From the human T2T-CHM13v2.0 reference genome, Homo sapiens: a DNA stretch of 64,000 nucleotides. The stretch lies in the NCBI RefSeq assembly GCF_009914755.1, contig NC_060938.1, one strand, 5' to 3'. Shown piece by piece: positions 13,613-25,716 of the stretch. The position numbers and the translations under genes were made by a program. The stretch's first letter is position 1, and every line of letters begins with the position of its first letter. The notes below the pieces were generated by a model. The model had not been told where the DNA came from, made no database searches, and saw only the letters and a program-made list of their open reading frames with translations.

Positions 13613-14660
13613 TGTAGCAGCTGCTGTAGTACACCTCTAGGTTCTCCCTTTAGAAATGTGGCACCCATTCCCTGTTTCTGGGGGTATTACCTATTGATGG
13701 CTCACAGTAGAGCCCTCACCAGAAATGACTCACAACTGAGAAGCCTTATTGCCCCTTTCTGAAGTTAGCCCTTGTAAACCAAAAATAAAATTCTAAGCCC
13801 TGCCAGCCAACCAAATGGACCACTCCTCTTGGCCAAGGACATTTCAAAGTTAAGCTGAAACAGCCCTTCAGGCCACGGTGGGAATGGGTAGTCAGACATA
13901 TCTCATTATACCCTTCTCCTTTTGGAATTCAGGCACACTGACAAGCATTAACATTAAAACAGAGATCTTAAGAAAATCTATTCTCTCTGAAGTCTGCTAC
14001 CTGGAGGCTTCAACTGCATAATAAAATCTTGGTCTCTACAACTCCTTCTATTGATTCCAGTCGTTTAGACAAATGCTTTCAACCACTTGCCAATCAGAAC
14101 ATTTTTGAATCCACCTATGACCTGGAAGCCATCCCCTGCCCACTGCCGCTGCCCCTGCCCCCCAACATCAAGTTGTCCTACCTTTCCAGACTGAACCAAT
14201 GTATATCTTGCATGTATTAATTGATGTCTTATGTCTCCCTAAACTATATAAAACCAAGCTATAGCCCAAGCTCCTTGCACACATCTTCTCAGGATCACCT
14301 GGGGCCACGTTTCTTGCATGTCCTTAACCTTGGCAAAATAAACTTCTAAATTGATTGAGACCTGTCTCAGATAGTTTTGGTTTATACCCTAAATCAATGA
14401 CTAGTTAATATAGGAGGACAGAAGCCCAGGAAACTGACTTACTTAAATTTGGGGCAATTCTGAAGAGCCAATGCCACCTTTAGATTTCCCCATGAGATTG
14501 GTGGAGACCCTTATTATAATATCATCACAATTTCAATTTTCCCTCTACCTAATCCTACTCCCCTTGGTCTTTTACAGTCTTGTTCCAATGAGCACTCCTT
14601 AATACATATCTGCAAACCTCCATCTCAGAGACTTTTTCCAGGGAACCCTGCCTAAAACTG
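13613..14660 (+). mobile_element. ERVL LTR16-type 5' LTR, split by a MER4 LTR
   Basis: Starts tgtagcag, ends gagcactccttaata...ctccatctcagagact...ccagggaaccctgcctaaaact; followed by gttggtg (degenerate ERVL primer-binding-site start). Confidence 0.75.
13773..14386 (+). mobile_element. ERV1 MER4-family solo LTR (MER4B-like)
   Basis: tgtaaaccaaaaataaaattctaagccc start, aataaacttctaaattgattgagacctgtctcag end, ~614 bp, 4-bp TSD ccct (13769-13772 / 14387-14390). Confidence 0.85.
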
Positions 14661-14961
14661 TTGGTGTTCTGAGTAATCCCATGAAGGAAAATGTAAAATT
14701 TAGGAGTTGGGAGTTGGATCACATACAATCAGGCTGGCATTGGAGAACCATCACTAGTTGTAAGTGTAATACTGACAGCCTTGGCATGAAGTGAAAATAA
14801 TTATTAAAACAGTTACTGCTGGTGAATGGAACAGGATTCTATAATAATGGAGAACGCTTTCAGGAGTAATGTCTCAGTTCTTTCAGAGAGCTAATAATTA
14901 TGTGGATTTTCATATGGGGTCTATTGATGCATGGAGAAAGGTGAAGAAAAACTGGGTGAAT

Positions 14962-16384
14962 TCAGAAATAAATCCACTTATTTACAGCCAACTGATTTTC
15001 AACAAAGGTGCCAATAACATACATTGGAGAAAAAAGTCTCATCAGTAAGTGGTGTTGGAAAAGCTGAAAAATCTGTATGCAAAAGAATGAAACTAGACCA
15101 CTCTCTCTCTCATCATATACAAAAGTCAACTCAAAATGAATTGAAAATTTAAACATAAGACCCACATCTATAAAACTACTAGAACAAAGCTTAGGGAAAA
15201 TGCTCCAAGACATCGGTCTATGCAAAAATTTTATGGCTACGATTTAAAAAGCATACACAACAAAACCAAAAATAGACAAATGGGATATATTAAACTAAAA
15301 TGCTTCTGCATAGCAAAGGAAACAATCCAACAGAGTGTAGAGGCAACCTACAGAATGAGAAAAGTATTTGCAAGCTGTTCATTGAAGAGGCTAATAACCA
15401 GAATACACAGGGAACTCAAACAACTCAATCGCAAAATATCAAGAAATCCCATTAAAAAGTGAGCAAAGGATCTGAATAGACATTTTTTAGAAAAAGGCAT
15501 ATAAATGGCCAACAGGTACATTAAAAATGTTTGGCATAATTATCAGAGAAATGCAAGTCAAAACCACTCTGAGATATTATCTTACCACAGTTAGAATGGT
15601 TATTATCAAAAGCCAAAAAAAGTAAATGCTGGTGAGGATGCGGGGAAAAGGAACTCACACACTGTTGGAGGAAATGTAAATTAGTGCAGCCATCATGGAA
15701 AACAATATGAAAGTTTTTCAAAACCTAAAAATAGAGCTACCATACAATTCAGCAATTCCACTCTTGGGTATTTATCCAAAAGAAAGGAATTCAGTATATC
15801 AAAGGAAGATCTACACTTGCATATTTATAGCAGTACTATTCACAACAGCCACGATATGGAATCGACCTAAGTGTCCATCAGATATGAATGGATGAAGAAA
15901 ATGTGATATATATATGCAATAGAATACTATTCAGCCATTATAGAAAATAAAATCTTTTCTTTTCCAGCAACATGGATAAAACCAGAGTCATTATGTAAAG
16001 TGAAATAAGCCAGTCACAGAAGGACAAATTTCACATGTTCTCACCCACATGTGGGAGTTTTAAAAGTTGATTTTATGGAGGTAGACAGAAGAGGTTAGGG
16101 AGGGGTATGAAGAGAGATTGGTTAATGAGTACAAATATAAAGTTGACTAGAAGGTATAAGTTCTAGCATGTTCTAGCATAGTAGCGTGACTATAATTAAT
16201 GACAATACATTGTATGTTTCAAAATAGCTCAAAGTGAAGATTTAAAATGTTTCCAACACAAAGTAATCATAAATGTTCAAAGTAATGAATATTCTAAATA
16301 CTCTAATTTGATTATACATTGTATGCACGTATCAAAATATCACAGGTATCCCATAAATATATACAAATATATGTTAAAAATTTT
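14962..16384 (+). mobile_element. 5'-truncated L1MA (L1MA3-5-like) inserted in the ERVL
   Basis: L1 ORF2 C-terminal remnants (ORFs 15220-15462, 15695-15895) and L1MA-type 3'UTR; imperfect TSD aaactgggtgaat / aaactgtgggtgaat. Confidence 0.88.
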
Positions 16385-17142
16385 AAACTGTGGGTGAATA
16401 ATCACTGATTCAAAATAAAGTGTAAAAGCAGAGGGCTTTCTTAGCTAAAACTCATGCTTATTAATATTATTTATAATATGTATTTATAATTAATTGATTA
16501 ATACTTATTGTTTTTAATATAGTAAAGTTTCTGAGAATATTGAATGTGTAACATTAGCAAGTCTGCTTCACCAAGTCAGCATATAGTTGAAATGGGATGG
16601 GACTCAGAGATTGGGATGGGGACCCATGATCAATTCACTCCCCTGTACCCTTTGAGCTTGAGAACTGTGCAACATCTTTTTGGTAAACATAGGTGCTCTT
16701 TCCTTGCTTAAAGACATCTGGAGTCCTCTGCTTTGCAATTTAACATACCCCCTGATTTCAGGGTCTGCTTCACCTTCCCTCCTGGACAACAAACTACATA
16801 ACTAAGATCAAGCCACAACAAAACCCAATTAGAGATGTGCTAGAAAAGAAAATATAATCCAAAGGAACATCAGGACTTAGCCAACATCTCCTTGTGGGAA
16901 AGAATGTGTAGATGAAACAAAAGTTAAAGAAAAGCTTGTTGATACAAGAGCCCTTTCTCGTGCTACAAGATTCAGAATCCTGGCAATGACCCTGGAAAAT
17001 GATGCTAACACACTGCTGGGTTGGCTTTTAAAATATTTTAGAAAGCAATACTTAACACCAAGTGATAACAGAAATGCCAGACAGTTAGAAGTAGTGATTA
17101 GAAGTCTCAAGAAAATTGACATGGCATAATGGATGTACTATG

Positions 17143-17668
17143 TGTATTGGTTTGCCATAACAAAATTCCACAGCCTGGGTGGTTTAGCCAACAGAAAGAT
17201 ACATCTCACAGTTTTGGAGGCTGAAAGTCTAAGATCAAGGTGAAGGTAGGTTTGGTTTCTCCTGAGGTTTCTCTCCTTTGCTGGCAGATGGCCACTTTCT
17301 TGATGTGTCCTCACATGATCTTTCTCTGTGTGTGTGCATCCCTGGTATCTCTTTTTGTATAAAAATTTCTTCTTCTTATAAGGACATCTATCAGTTTGGA
17401 TTAGGGCACATCCTAATGGCCTCACTTTAACTTAACCCCTTTATGCTTGAGGTTGCAACTTTTTGAATTTTTGCAATCAGACCTTGGCAATAACCTTGAG
17501 CAGTAGGATACAAATAATTCCCACATGCTTAGCATTCCAATAATGGAACACTAGGCATAAACGAGAGTTATTTAAAATGCTTATCTCCAAATATAATCAC
17601 ATTGTGAAGTCCTGGGGTTAAGATTTTAGCGTTTGCATCTAGAGAGAAACACAACTCAGCCCCTAATA
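17143..17668 (-). mobile_element. MaLR MLT1 (MLT1B-like) solo LTR, interrupted by MER85
   Basis: tgtatt...gccataacaaaattccacagcctggg...tcagcccctaata; perfect 5-bp TSD ctatg (17138-17142 / 17669-17673). Confidence 0.85.
17436..17565 (-). mobile_element. MER85 piggyBac (PGBD3-derived) MITE
   Basis: TTAA at 17432-17435, TIR-like cccctttatgc...ggcataaacgag, internal ttccaataatggaacactagg and gaggttgcaac...gcaatcagaccttggc. Confidence 0.9.
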
Positions 17669-18768
17669 CTATGTAAAGTTGAAAACTCTTCAGCCAATTA
17701 CGTTCCAGGAAAGCACCCAGAGATTACTCCTTTTGCCAAAGTAGTCATGCATGTGCTGGTGAGAAGGTCACCTACACCGCTGAGAAGTTCCATAGTAGCA
17801 CATGTGAGTTTGAGCAGAAGCAGAATTCAAGAGTGAGTTTCTCAGCCACCTATGTCATTACCTGCACTTGCACTGGTGTTCCTTTCTCAGATCACACATG
17901 TGGCCATATGAGGGGTTCTTGATGCTTAGCTGAGAAAGGAAAAAAAAAAATGGGTAGCTGAAAAAGTGCCACTACAGCTGCACATGGACTCAACTGAGGA
18001 ATATTCCTGAAAGACAGTGGTGAGAAAAAACCTTCACCTGATTTTGCACTCTGTGGAAAAAAAAAAAAAAAAAGTCTGAAGTAAGAATATGCATGGACTC
18101 ATGGGTAGTAACAAATAGTTTGACTGGTTTGTTACAGACCTTAAAGGAGAAAGGCTGAAATACTAGGTATAAGGAAGTCAAAATCTCACTTACCATCACT
18201 CTCAGTGACCCACTTAAAAGACTTCATTTTTCTTATTCCCATAATTCTATGCCAAGAGGAACCAGAGATTTTGGTTCCTAGGGTGGAGTCCCTTCTACTA
18301 GGGTACATTGCAAAAGTCTCATTAAGCTTTAAGCTATTCTATCATCAAATCCTTTTAGGCTTCTTGTGCCAAGGAGCCAGCAAACAAGAAAAGAACCACC
18401 TTCCTCGCAGAGATAGAAAGGTTATGTTTGCACCAAGGTGACTAGTACTCTTTTGCATAACTTTAATTTTCAATAGACAAGTACAGTGGACAGAGTCTGA
18501 GAAGGGCATAATGACCAATGCTCAGATCCCTGAGGATAGGAGTCCAGGACATATCACTCAGTAAGCCAATGAAATTAGAACAGCTAGGAAACCAAAGACA
18601 AAGGGAAACTGGAATGGGTAAGAAGAGGAGGGAGGTGAAGAATGTTACATATGGTCCTCAAACCAGCTGATATGATGGGGACTGTACTAATTGGTGTCTT
18701 GCTTTGTTTTTGTAATTTTTCCCGGAAAAACAAACCAACCAGAATCCTGGAGGAGCTGTTCTTGGATT

Positions 18769-18788
18769 GTATATATATATATATATAT
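18769..18788. repeat. (TA)n microsatellite
   Basis: Perfect TA run. Confidence 0.9.
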
Positions 18789-18811
18789 AATCAGCAACAT
18801 GAGCGGTGAAC

Positions 18812-19184
18812 TGTAGTCAAAGCTATGGTGTTTGCCACCCAGAACCCCACTCAAAAATTGCTAAGGCTGAAGAAGGCTGCCTTGCCCAGGGGTGTGCCCT
18901 GCTGTAGAAGCAGCCTGTATCTACTTGCTGATGGGTTAAGTCCAAAGGCCCCCAGCTCCTTTGCATCCATTTGAGATAATCTGAGGTGTTTCTTAAGGGC
19001 CTTCACAGCTTCAGAGTTCTCCCTGAAATGGTTCTTGGTGGCAGCTGCATCACAGCTTAATATTTCCCTCTGCTTAATCCTGTTTCCTTTGCTCCATCCG
19101 TTGCAGGTCCTGTTTCAGAAAGCACTTTCTAACAAATCTCTGCACACAAATTTCCAACTCAGGGTCTGTTTCAAACTCTAAGAT
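18812..19184 (+). mobile_element. ERVL LTR16-type 3' LTR
   Basis: tgtag start after a degenerate PPT (gagcggtgaac); gctgaagaaggctgccttgcccagg, ttccctctgcttaatcctgtttcc, ctcagggtctgtttc match LTR16 and parallel the 5' LTR. Confidence 0.72.
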
Positions 19185-19327
19185 CCCACCACTATTACCA
19201 CTACCACGATCACGACCACTACTACAAAATATTTACCAATTATGAATATATGACATTTATTCAAGGAGTTAAAAGTTCTCAAAATCATACATGTGTTTTA
19301 AAAATACACGTGCTTACAATTACTTAA

Positions 19328-19545
19328 TAGTAACACCTAACTTTCATTGAGTGCTAAGGAGGTGCCAGCAAGAACTTTGCATACATCAAATCATATTCTT
19401 ACAACTCCATAAAGAGATTCTATTAATAGCAAGCCAAGATATCATGAGGTTAAATTAATTACCCCAGACTACACAAGATGTAAATGGCATCTGGAATTTA
19501 AACACAGTCTCCAAAGCCCGAGCCCTTAGACCACCACTACCACTC
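19328..19545 (-). mobile_element. MIR
   Basis: cattgagtgct...gaggttaaattaattacccca...ctccaaagcccgagccctta resembles antisense MIR. Confidence 0.6.
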
Positions 19546-20655
19546 TCCTTCCTCTCTACATTGTATGAAGTGACATCATGGTTTGACAAATATTTTTCTT
19601 TCTAATCTTATTGTATTCCACTTTTGTATCCTTCCAGTTTTGTTTGATGGAAGAAAGCTTAGGATGCCAAAATGAGGCATTCTCTTTATCAGTATGGACT
19701 GTATTTGTCCTTCTAGGCTATTGCTTTCTTCATGGGAGCGCCGTGTTTTGTTTGCCTGAACAGCATAGCCATGATGGTTACAATGTGGTTATCATCTGCT
19801 CTGTGTATCAGTTAATATTTGAAACTGTTCAGTTACACTTTTCTCTTTTAAGAAGGCTCAAATTTATAAAGAAGCCCAAAAATTTACCTTAGCTAGTTTG
19901 TAGCTTTGTGTTCCTGTAATTCTATGCAGGACCACGGTAATATCTTTTCTAGTATATTTAGTACGTTTGCTAATTAAATATCAAATGAGAGGGGTTGATG
20001 CACATGATCAGTGACATGTTTTCATTTCTAATGTTTTCTTTGGCTATATTTTCTACTTTTCTTTGCAACTAATGGGAATGTCAACTGCCGGCCAGAGGCG
20101 TAAACACAGAATATCTCTAGCATGTATTTTTCTAACACATATTTTCTCACAAACATGTTTTATGCCTTATTACTAGCTAATGCTATGAGCCTACTATAAT
20201 CTGACTCCTTGCCAATCATATGGAGGAGAGTAGGGAAGGCTTACATTGCAGTGGCCATAGTACACCTGGATTATATAGAAATCAAAAGCAACAGAAAAGG
20301 AAGATAGTCTTCACTCTCACCAATTTTCAGTTGATTCTTCTATACCAGCTGACTTCTGAACAATAGATTGAATTCCAGCCTCAGATCCTAAATCTTTGTG
20401 GGGTCTGTTGTGAAAATGCTTTCTACTGTCATAGATTCTGATAGCTGCCCTCCCTCCTGGAATGCATCACACTCTGGTAGCACTCAGAGCTTTTAGCTTG
20501 TTAGTGCAAATCAACTTTTATTGCCTGCATCTGAGAGAAAAGGACAGTGAAATTGCACATCCATACATTATTTTGGCTATTTGTAAAAGGTTAAAAAAGA
20601 AGAATGGAGGCAAAAATGGCAGCATTTTTCTGAAGGCTTAAGAAATTACTTTGAA

Positions 20656-20711
20656 ACACACATGCACACACACAGATGCACACACAGGCACGCACACACA
20701 GGCATACACAC
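20656..20711. repeat. Degenerate (CA)n
   Basis: acacacatgcacacacacagatgcacacacaggcacgcacacaca. Confidence 0.75.
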
Positions 20712-21929
20712 CAGCTGCTAGTGGTTTCTGATAGTACACCAAAGACAAACTAAACGTTAGCTAAGTGATTTACTGTCAACATGGCATGGCATTTTGACAT
20801 GCACTGTTTTTATATTTTCCCATTTCCTGTATGAAATCTGTGGAACTTTTAAAGCTGTTTGACTCCAGAAGCCTGCTTAGCTGGTCTGACAGCTCAAACC
20901 CTGCAGACAGTAAGTGGCAAGGGGTGGTAAAGAATTACTGATAAATTGGGAGTTGAGAAGCAAGAGTGATGAGGGAGGCAAGTGTTGCTATTAGAAACTT
21001 TGATTTGGGGGTTTATAAAGGTAACTGAATGTGACATTCAGTCATCTCAATTCTGAAATGGGTGAGTGCAAGGATTACAGATGATAGCTTTTAGTGAAGG
21101 GCAGAATCTTTTAAATCTTTTATGGCTGAAATTTCAAGGCAAAGTCAAAACTAGATTAGAAGATAATCAATACTCTGAGACTTACTAGGAGGTTCAGAAC
21201 ATTTTTACTCAGAATGCCTATCTTAAGAAATGGCTTTGGAAAACAGCCTCAAATAGAATCCATAAAAGGAGCTTTTTAAAAGAGATAACAGAAAAGTGTA
21301 TTTTAAAAATACAAAATAAGTGTAATAAACGTCTTATTAGCCCAAAAAAGCATAGTCAAAATGGTTATCTGTATATAATTATGGCACTTCTGATATGCAC
21401 ATGTACAAAGCTTCTGTTGAGTAAATTTGCCTTTACCAGCTTTTCTCACACACACATATTAGAAGATTTAAGCTATTAGAATATATAAAAGCCAACTGTT
21501 TTCTTCCAGCCTAGGGGTTTGATGATATATTCTCTAGGCTATGGTTGGAAAAAATTGGCAAGTGTCAGTCTTATAATTGAGCCTTTAGGAGATTTTTGCA
21601 AAAACTGTTTCAAATTAAATCTGCTATATGCAAACTTAATTTGAGGTTGCCATCTGAAAATTAATTGTGAGTGAATCTATTGTTATATCTAAAATGCTAT
21701 GCAATGCCCTGTCTGCTCAATAACACGTATGGAGCCTCTACCCGAAGATAGAACAGCCTTGTGTGTAAATGTGTCCTAAAGCTTCCTCCAACTTACTAGA
21801 CATTTCTCCTCTCTCCTTCAATTTTCTGCACCAAACTTGCCCAATCTCTTAGGCCATGATGTTGCATCACATCTAAATGATAAAATTTAATAATTCTGAT
21901 TTTCCACAACAAAACATAGAAACCTCCTT

Positions 21930-23410
21930 GTATCTATACCTATCCAACCTCATTAGCTATTATTGAGGAAATGTCTTTCATCTATTAAAGGTAAGATTCC
22001 CCATCTGCCCTAGCCTTCTCACAGGCTTTGCATCTCTTTCTTAATTGCACCGGACTCTGCATCTGTCTTACCGTTGCCATTAGCAACACACACAAGTGTC
22101 TTTTCTATTCAAGAAGAATCTTCTGAGTCTCGTATTCCCCTCCAGATATCACCTTTTTTTTCTATTCCCCTTTACTGTGTAACTTTTCAAGAAGTGTTTA
22201 TTCCTGCTATCTCCTTTTTCACACATCACATCTACCCCTCTTTCCACTCCAGTTTGGGCTACATCTTTCCTTCCTACCCCCTTGTGAAGCTATTTATTCC
22301 AAGGTTGCCGATCATGTCTCTGCTGTTAAGAAGTAGACTTCTTTTTTGTTCTGATTTTATCTGCCTTTCGGCAATATTCAGCAGGGTAAATCGCTTTATT
22401 TCTTGAAATATTATCTTCCCTCAGCTTCCAGGATACTATCCTCTCATGGTTTTTCTCTGACATTTTTTACCTCACTCTCTCAGTTTCTTTTGGTTTTGTC
22501 ATTTCATTTTATTTTTTTTTCCTGATGCCCCCGCTCACTATACTTCTCTCAATAGCTTTCTCATCAATTCCTGTGACTTAAAATATCATTTTATCTCCAG
22601 CCCAAACCTTTCTTCTTAGCTCCAAAATCAAATATTCAACTACAGCTTGACAACTCCAATTGGAAGACTCACAATCATCTCCAACGAAACACTTCAAAAT
22701 GGCTTCCTTGATTACAACCTCTCCACACTGATTTCTTGCCCACACTTCATCTTCTCACTAAATGGTACCATCTACCCATTTGTTCAAGCCCAAAGGCAAA
22801 AAATCACTCCTGATATCTCTCTCTGCATAATTTCCTACATTCAACTATTGGCAAACATTGACACTTTTTCCTGCAAAGTGTATTTAAAATCTATTTGTCC
22901 ACCTTGATCACGATTTTCATTACCCCAGTCCAATTTCTATCACCTCTTGCCTGGTTCAGTGCAATCCTCTCCACTGTGTCTCCCTGCCTACTTGCTTACC
23001 CTACTACAACTCAACAACCACCAGATCAGTTGTTTTAAATATAAATCACCTCCTATCACTTCCCTGCCTATAAAGCCATTAATGACCTTCCATTGCACTT
23101 GAATAAAATCCAGATTCTTCACATGGCTGGAACTGTTTTCTCCACTTGCAACATGTTTTGTCCCCAGTTTTCATTCTTTAGACATAAGCAGATGTCACCT
23201 TCTCAGAGAAAACTTCCCTCACTACCTAGATTTATAGATATCAGGACTTTGTTTATTTATCTCATGGTAACCACTGTAATAGTTTGTCTTCATTTGTTGA
23301 TATCAAGCTGCAGAGAACAGGGACCATGATTGTTTTATACATTAATACATTATTCAGTGCCTATTTTCACATCTGAAACATTTAATAGTTCAATAATTAT
23401 ATTTCAATTA
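21930..23410 (+). mobile_element. LINE-2 (L2) 3' fragment
   Basis: Pyrimidine-rich L2 RT/3' motifs (ttccctcagcttccaggatact; atctccagcccaaacctttc; atgtcaccttctcagaga; gagaacagggaccatg...ttcaataa). Confidence 0.75.
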
Positions 23411-23787
23411 AGGGAGAAAGAAAGGGAGGAAAGGGGGGCAAATGAAGGAATATCATTTCTAGCAAATTTACCAGCACTTGCTCCAAATCATTTTTAAAAT
23501 TAGAAATACCTTGGGATCAGTAAGTTATTTGGCCTGATGACACATTTCACTGAAGCAAGAGTTGTATGTCATTTATGTCTCCCGTGTTTCAGTCCACAAC
23601 TTCTTCAATTATAGCACATAGTCTCTCTCTATATCTATTACTCTAAAATCCATTTAATCAGCTTAATTTATCAAAATGGTCATTCAATTGCCTTTCTTAG
23701 AGCAAACCTGAATTTCATATGCATTTTTGTTTCAAGTAAAATATAAGTACTACTATATTTATAATTTAAAAAAATAGCCTTATTTAA

Positions 23788-24519
<732 letters not shown>

Positions 24520-25304
24520 GAAAGTTTTCTAAATTCTACTATTTTCATGGATTTTATCTTTCCTTAGCAGTTGATTTATATGATGTATGTATATAAATCT
24601 GACAATATAAATCTAAGAATGACTAAACTGAATCACAAGTTTTCAGACAAGTTAATAACAATCCCTTTTGGCAACTGAATATTATTAAATATTATTAGAT
24701 GCTAGAGGCAGCTCATATTGAATGAAATTAGATAAAAATTATTGGATGAGGTTTAAACTTCAGTGTGTGATATGCATCCATCTGAAATTAGATGGCCTAT
24801 ATCAAAAGCAAACCAGTGTTGGCCTGATGAGGATCCAGAAGAGACCTCATGGGCATTATCATATGCCTCCACTTCTTTGCCCTTTTCATTTGGTTTTGGA
24901 GTGATCAAAAGGTAGTATTGATATGTGACTCCTATTTCCATCAAATCAAAGTTTTTTCCTCCTGTGATCCCAATGGTCAATGTCTGCATCATCAATTGGA
25001 TTGGACACTTCATCAATATGACTTAGCAATGAAGAAGTCACTATTAATCAGATCTACATTTCTAAATGCTATTTCTGGCTTACCATAATATCTGGCTTAA
25101 ATTGATTTTATTTTGGTAAATGTTTGCCTGGACTCAGCATTTTATATGAGAAAAACAGGGACATCTACCAAAGTACAAAATGTTATTTAATAGGGACTAA
25201 AGCAAAGAACCTTATAGCTGCTAATATAAAACTGCTTGTTGCATGCCGTGTCGTATTTCTGTATCATAACTTTAAGCTTTCTACCTAGACTACATATTCT
25301 CTAA

Positions 25305-25716
25305 GACAGTTTTATAAATTCCATTATTATCAAAAATATTCACCACCTCTCACTTTCAGGTCCTTTTGATGGGAGAATTATTCTTCCTAACCCACTGATA
25401 ATTGGCTTGTAGGTGTGACTTCATTTGGCTAACGAAGTGTGAGTTAATATAACAAGCCACTTCCAAAGAGAAATTTTAAAAGCCAGTACATTCCTGCCAC
25501 TGCTGTTTTTTCATTACAATGAGACCAGCATGAGTGGACAGGGGCTACTCCTTCAGCCTAAATTGCAACATGAAGATTGGTATGCAGATGAGTCAAAAAG
25601 CTAACCTTCACAGTTATATGAAACAAATAACAAATAAACCTTTGCCTCGTAAACGTCTAAGATTATTTTGTGCTTCGTTGTTATTGGAGTGAAACCTTTC
25701 TTAAACTGCCTAATAT
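25305..25716 (+). mobile_element. Old MaLR LTR (MLT1I/J-like)
   Basis: gtgacttcatttggctaacgaagtgtgag, ggctactccttcagcct, aataaacctttg...taagatt...ctaatata. Confidence 0.6.

Larger units (their letters stand above)
14661..18811 (+). mobile_element. Degenerate ERVL internal region (ERV3-16A3-int-like) with nested insertions
   Basis: Lies between two LTR16-like LTRs; RNase H-like EVRICMDSWVVTNSLTG from 18078; dUTPase-like EILVPRVESLLLGYIAKVSLSFKL in ORF 18205-18441. Confidence 0.7.

Noticed and set aside
13608-19190. TSD for the ERVL provirus (cccct versus cccac/ccacc)
   Set aside because: LTR termini are too degraded to fix the boundaries, so the match is not reliable.
19611-19892. 93-aa ORF in non-repeat DNA as a coding exon
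   Set aside because: Non-ATG start, no recognisable domain, and no convincing splice-site pair.
24722-25088. Overlapping short ORFs on both strands
   Set aside because: No recognisable protein similarity; lengths are expected by chance.
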